From Rhina ancylostomus (Eukaryota): 64,000 bases of DNA. Positions 62,401-64,000 of this stretch are shown here, piece after piece. The translations under genes and the position numbers were made by a program. Every line of letters starts with the position of its first letter. Positions within the stretch are counted from its first letter, which is position 1. The DNA lies in the NCBI GenBank assembly GCA_030265395.1, contig JARFYF010000062.1:20981680-21045679 (forward strand), in the 5' to 3' direction. The notes under the pieces were generated by a model. The model worked only from the letters and a program-made list of their open reading frames with translations. It made no database searches and had not been told where the DNA came from.

Positions 62401-62902
62401 TCTACGGTCTGATTGTTGTGGAGCTGAGTCCGTACGAGTTTAAACTTAGAAGGTAAAATAATAATCCAGAAGATTCGCACCCACATACACACTCACATAT
62501 AACGGGAGATGCATTAAGTCTACAGTATGAACTGAGATACATAAATAAACTAACAATTCGCTTCCACCTGGTTACTAAGAATATTTTAACTCTGTGCTCT
62601 GAGATCGACACACTTCCCTGCTTTAATAAAATTCTGTGCCTCGTTATTTTACAGTCTTCTCCACATTACGCAGGTAACGTGTGAATATGAATCGCCCAAT
62701 ATTCTGTTTTTATCTTTGTATAACGTGTTTATTATAACCGTATTTCTTGGTCTGAACAGGCTTTTTTTTCAGGTCAACGGCATGGAAGAATAAAATGTTG
62801 ATTTGGCAAATTGCAGCTCTCAACTGACACTGTAGAATCATATAAATGCAATAAATCCATTTAAAATGCTGCTGTAGACGAATTGCTGAAGTTAGTAAAC
62901 AC

Positions 62903-64000
62903 ATTTACCACCATCATAGTCATTTCAAAATCGCCACAATAAGTGCTGGATAAAAGGTCGACAGGAGCTCTATGATCCACCCTCCCACAGTACACTTCGT
63001 GGGAGGCATCGTGGATCGGAAACTAAACATGAACGGTTGGATTTGTTGACGATTGATACTGAGGCTAACTTCACCACTTGCGGGTCAGGTCAATTCGTTG
63101 CACGTTTTCACTGTGAGCATTCAGCGCCGGTGCAAAACTTCCCAACAGTCCCACCGCTACATTACTTTAACATTGGAAATTCAAGTGGTGGACCAGAGGA
63201 GGGACCGGCTTCAGATCAACCCTCTGCCAATGAGACCCATCATCACAGAAAGGGACCGCCCGTCGATCTGAGAACGGCTGAGTCGACAGAAATATTCGAA
63301 AAAACGAAGAGAAGAGCGTTTCTCAGCTTCTGCCGTGTTCCCTGCTCAGGATCAGAGAGCCGGAGAAGGAGGGTTAGAATCTTGTTGGAGTTCTTGCTGT
63401 ATTGATATTGAAACTGTGGTGCCGTGTGTTGTTGGGATTGGTCGGGCAACAGTTGACGTGTGGTGTTTGGGCAGCCTTCGGTTTGGGTTGTCGGTTGGCA
63501 GTGGTCACTCTGCCCATTGTCCCTCTGTGCGGAAAGACGTTCTATCTGAGAGACCGCATATCAGTTGCCAGATTGAATTATCGGATGGAGATCAACTGCT
63601 TGAATGATCAACTTACGCACCTCACAATGGGTTAATACCAGAGAGAACACATCAAATGTTGATACTTCTGTTGAGTATAATCATTGTCAGATGCTGTCTA
63701 TGACAGAGATCATTAAAAAGCCACACTACTTAGAAGTACAGATGTGAATTTTCAATTCGTTTATTATTGTAAATTGTACCCATGGCAGTAAAAACTTTAG
63801 TTTGCCATCAATGCAGATTATTTCAGCACAACAGTACATCGAGGAAGTAGAAAGGGAAAACAATAGCAAAATGCACAATAAAGTGTGACAATTCCATAGA
63901 AAGTGCAGTGCAGGCAGTCAATAAAGTTCAAGGCCATAACGATGTACATTGTGAAATTAAGAGTTCATCTTATCACACATAAGGTTCGTTCAGTAGTTTT
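62903..64000 (+). repeat. segmental direct repeat, copy 2 (runs off window end)
   Basis: Collinear with 58369-59455. Confidence 0.92.

Noticed and set aside
58369-64000. Duplicated block as an uncollapsed haplotype
   Set aside because: Divergence of about 10% or more and different upstream flanks argue for true paralogy

Overview
This is eukaryotic, repeat-rich DNA, almost certainly from a cartilaginous fish. The repeat families and the expanded GPR139-like genes suggest a batoid or shark; this is an inference, not a database match. It is a fragmented scaffold with nine 100-N gaps. Main contents: (1) a birth-and-death cluster of two-exon GPR139/GPR142-like class A GPCR genes, with one open exon 2 and four disrupted copies; (2) an internally deleted class I (gamma/epsilon-like) endogenous retrovirus at 27508-33090 with a tRNA-Arg PBS, whose env transmembrane subunit aligns without gaps to the filovirus GP2 core and has a Cys-flanked internal fusion loop; (3) immune-gene pieces: NLR LRR exons, an intact SRCR exon and a possible Ig exon; (4) CR1 and Rex/Babar-like LINE fragments, tRNA-derived and Deu-type SINEs, Gypsy LTRs and Penelope-type repeats with minimal hammerhead motifs; (5) two large degenerate minisatellites; (6) several decayed orphan reading frames. 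One GPCR pseudogene is split by a single Gypsy insertion (shared 4-bp TSD ACAT), yet its halves lie 17 kb apart in opposite orientation, which indicates mis-scaffolding or an inversion. All identifications are by eye from motifs; no searches were run.
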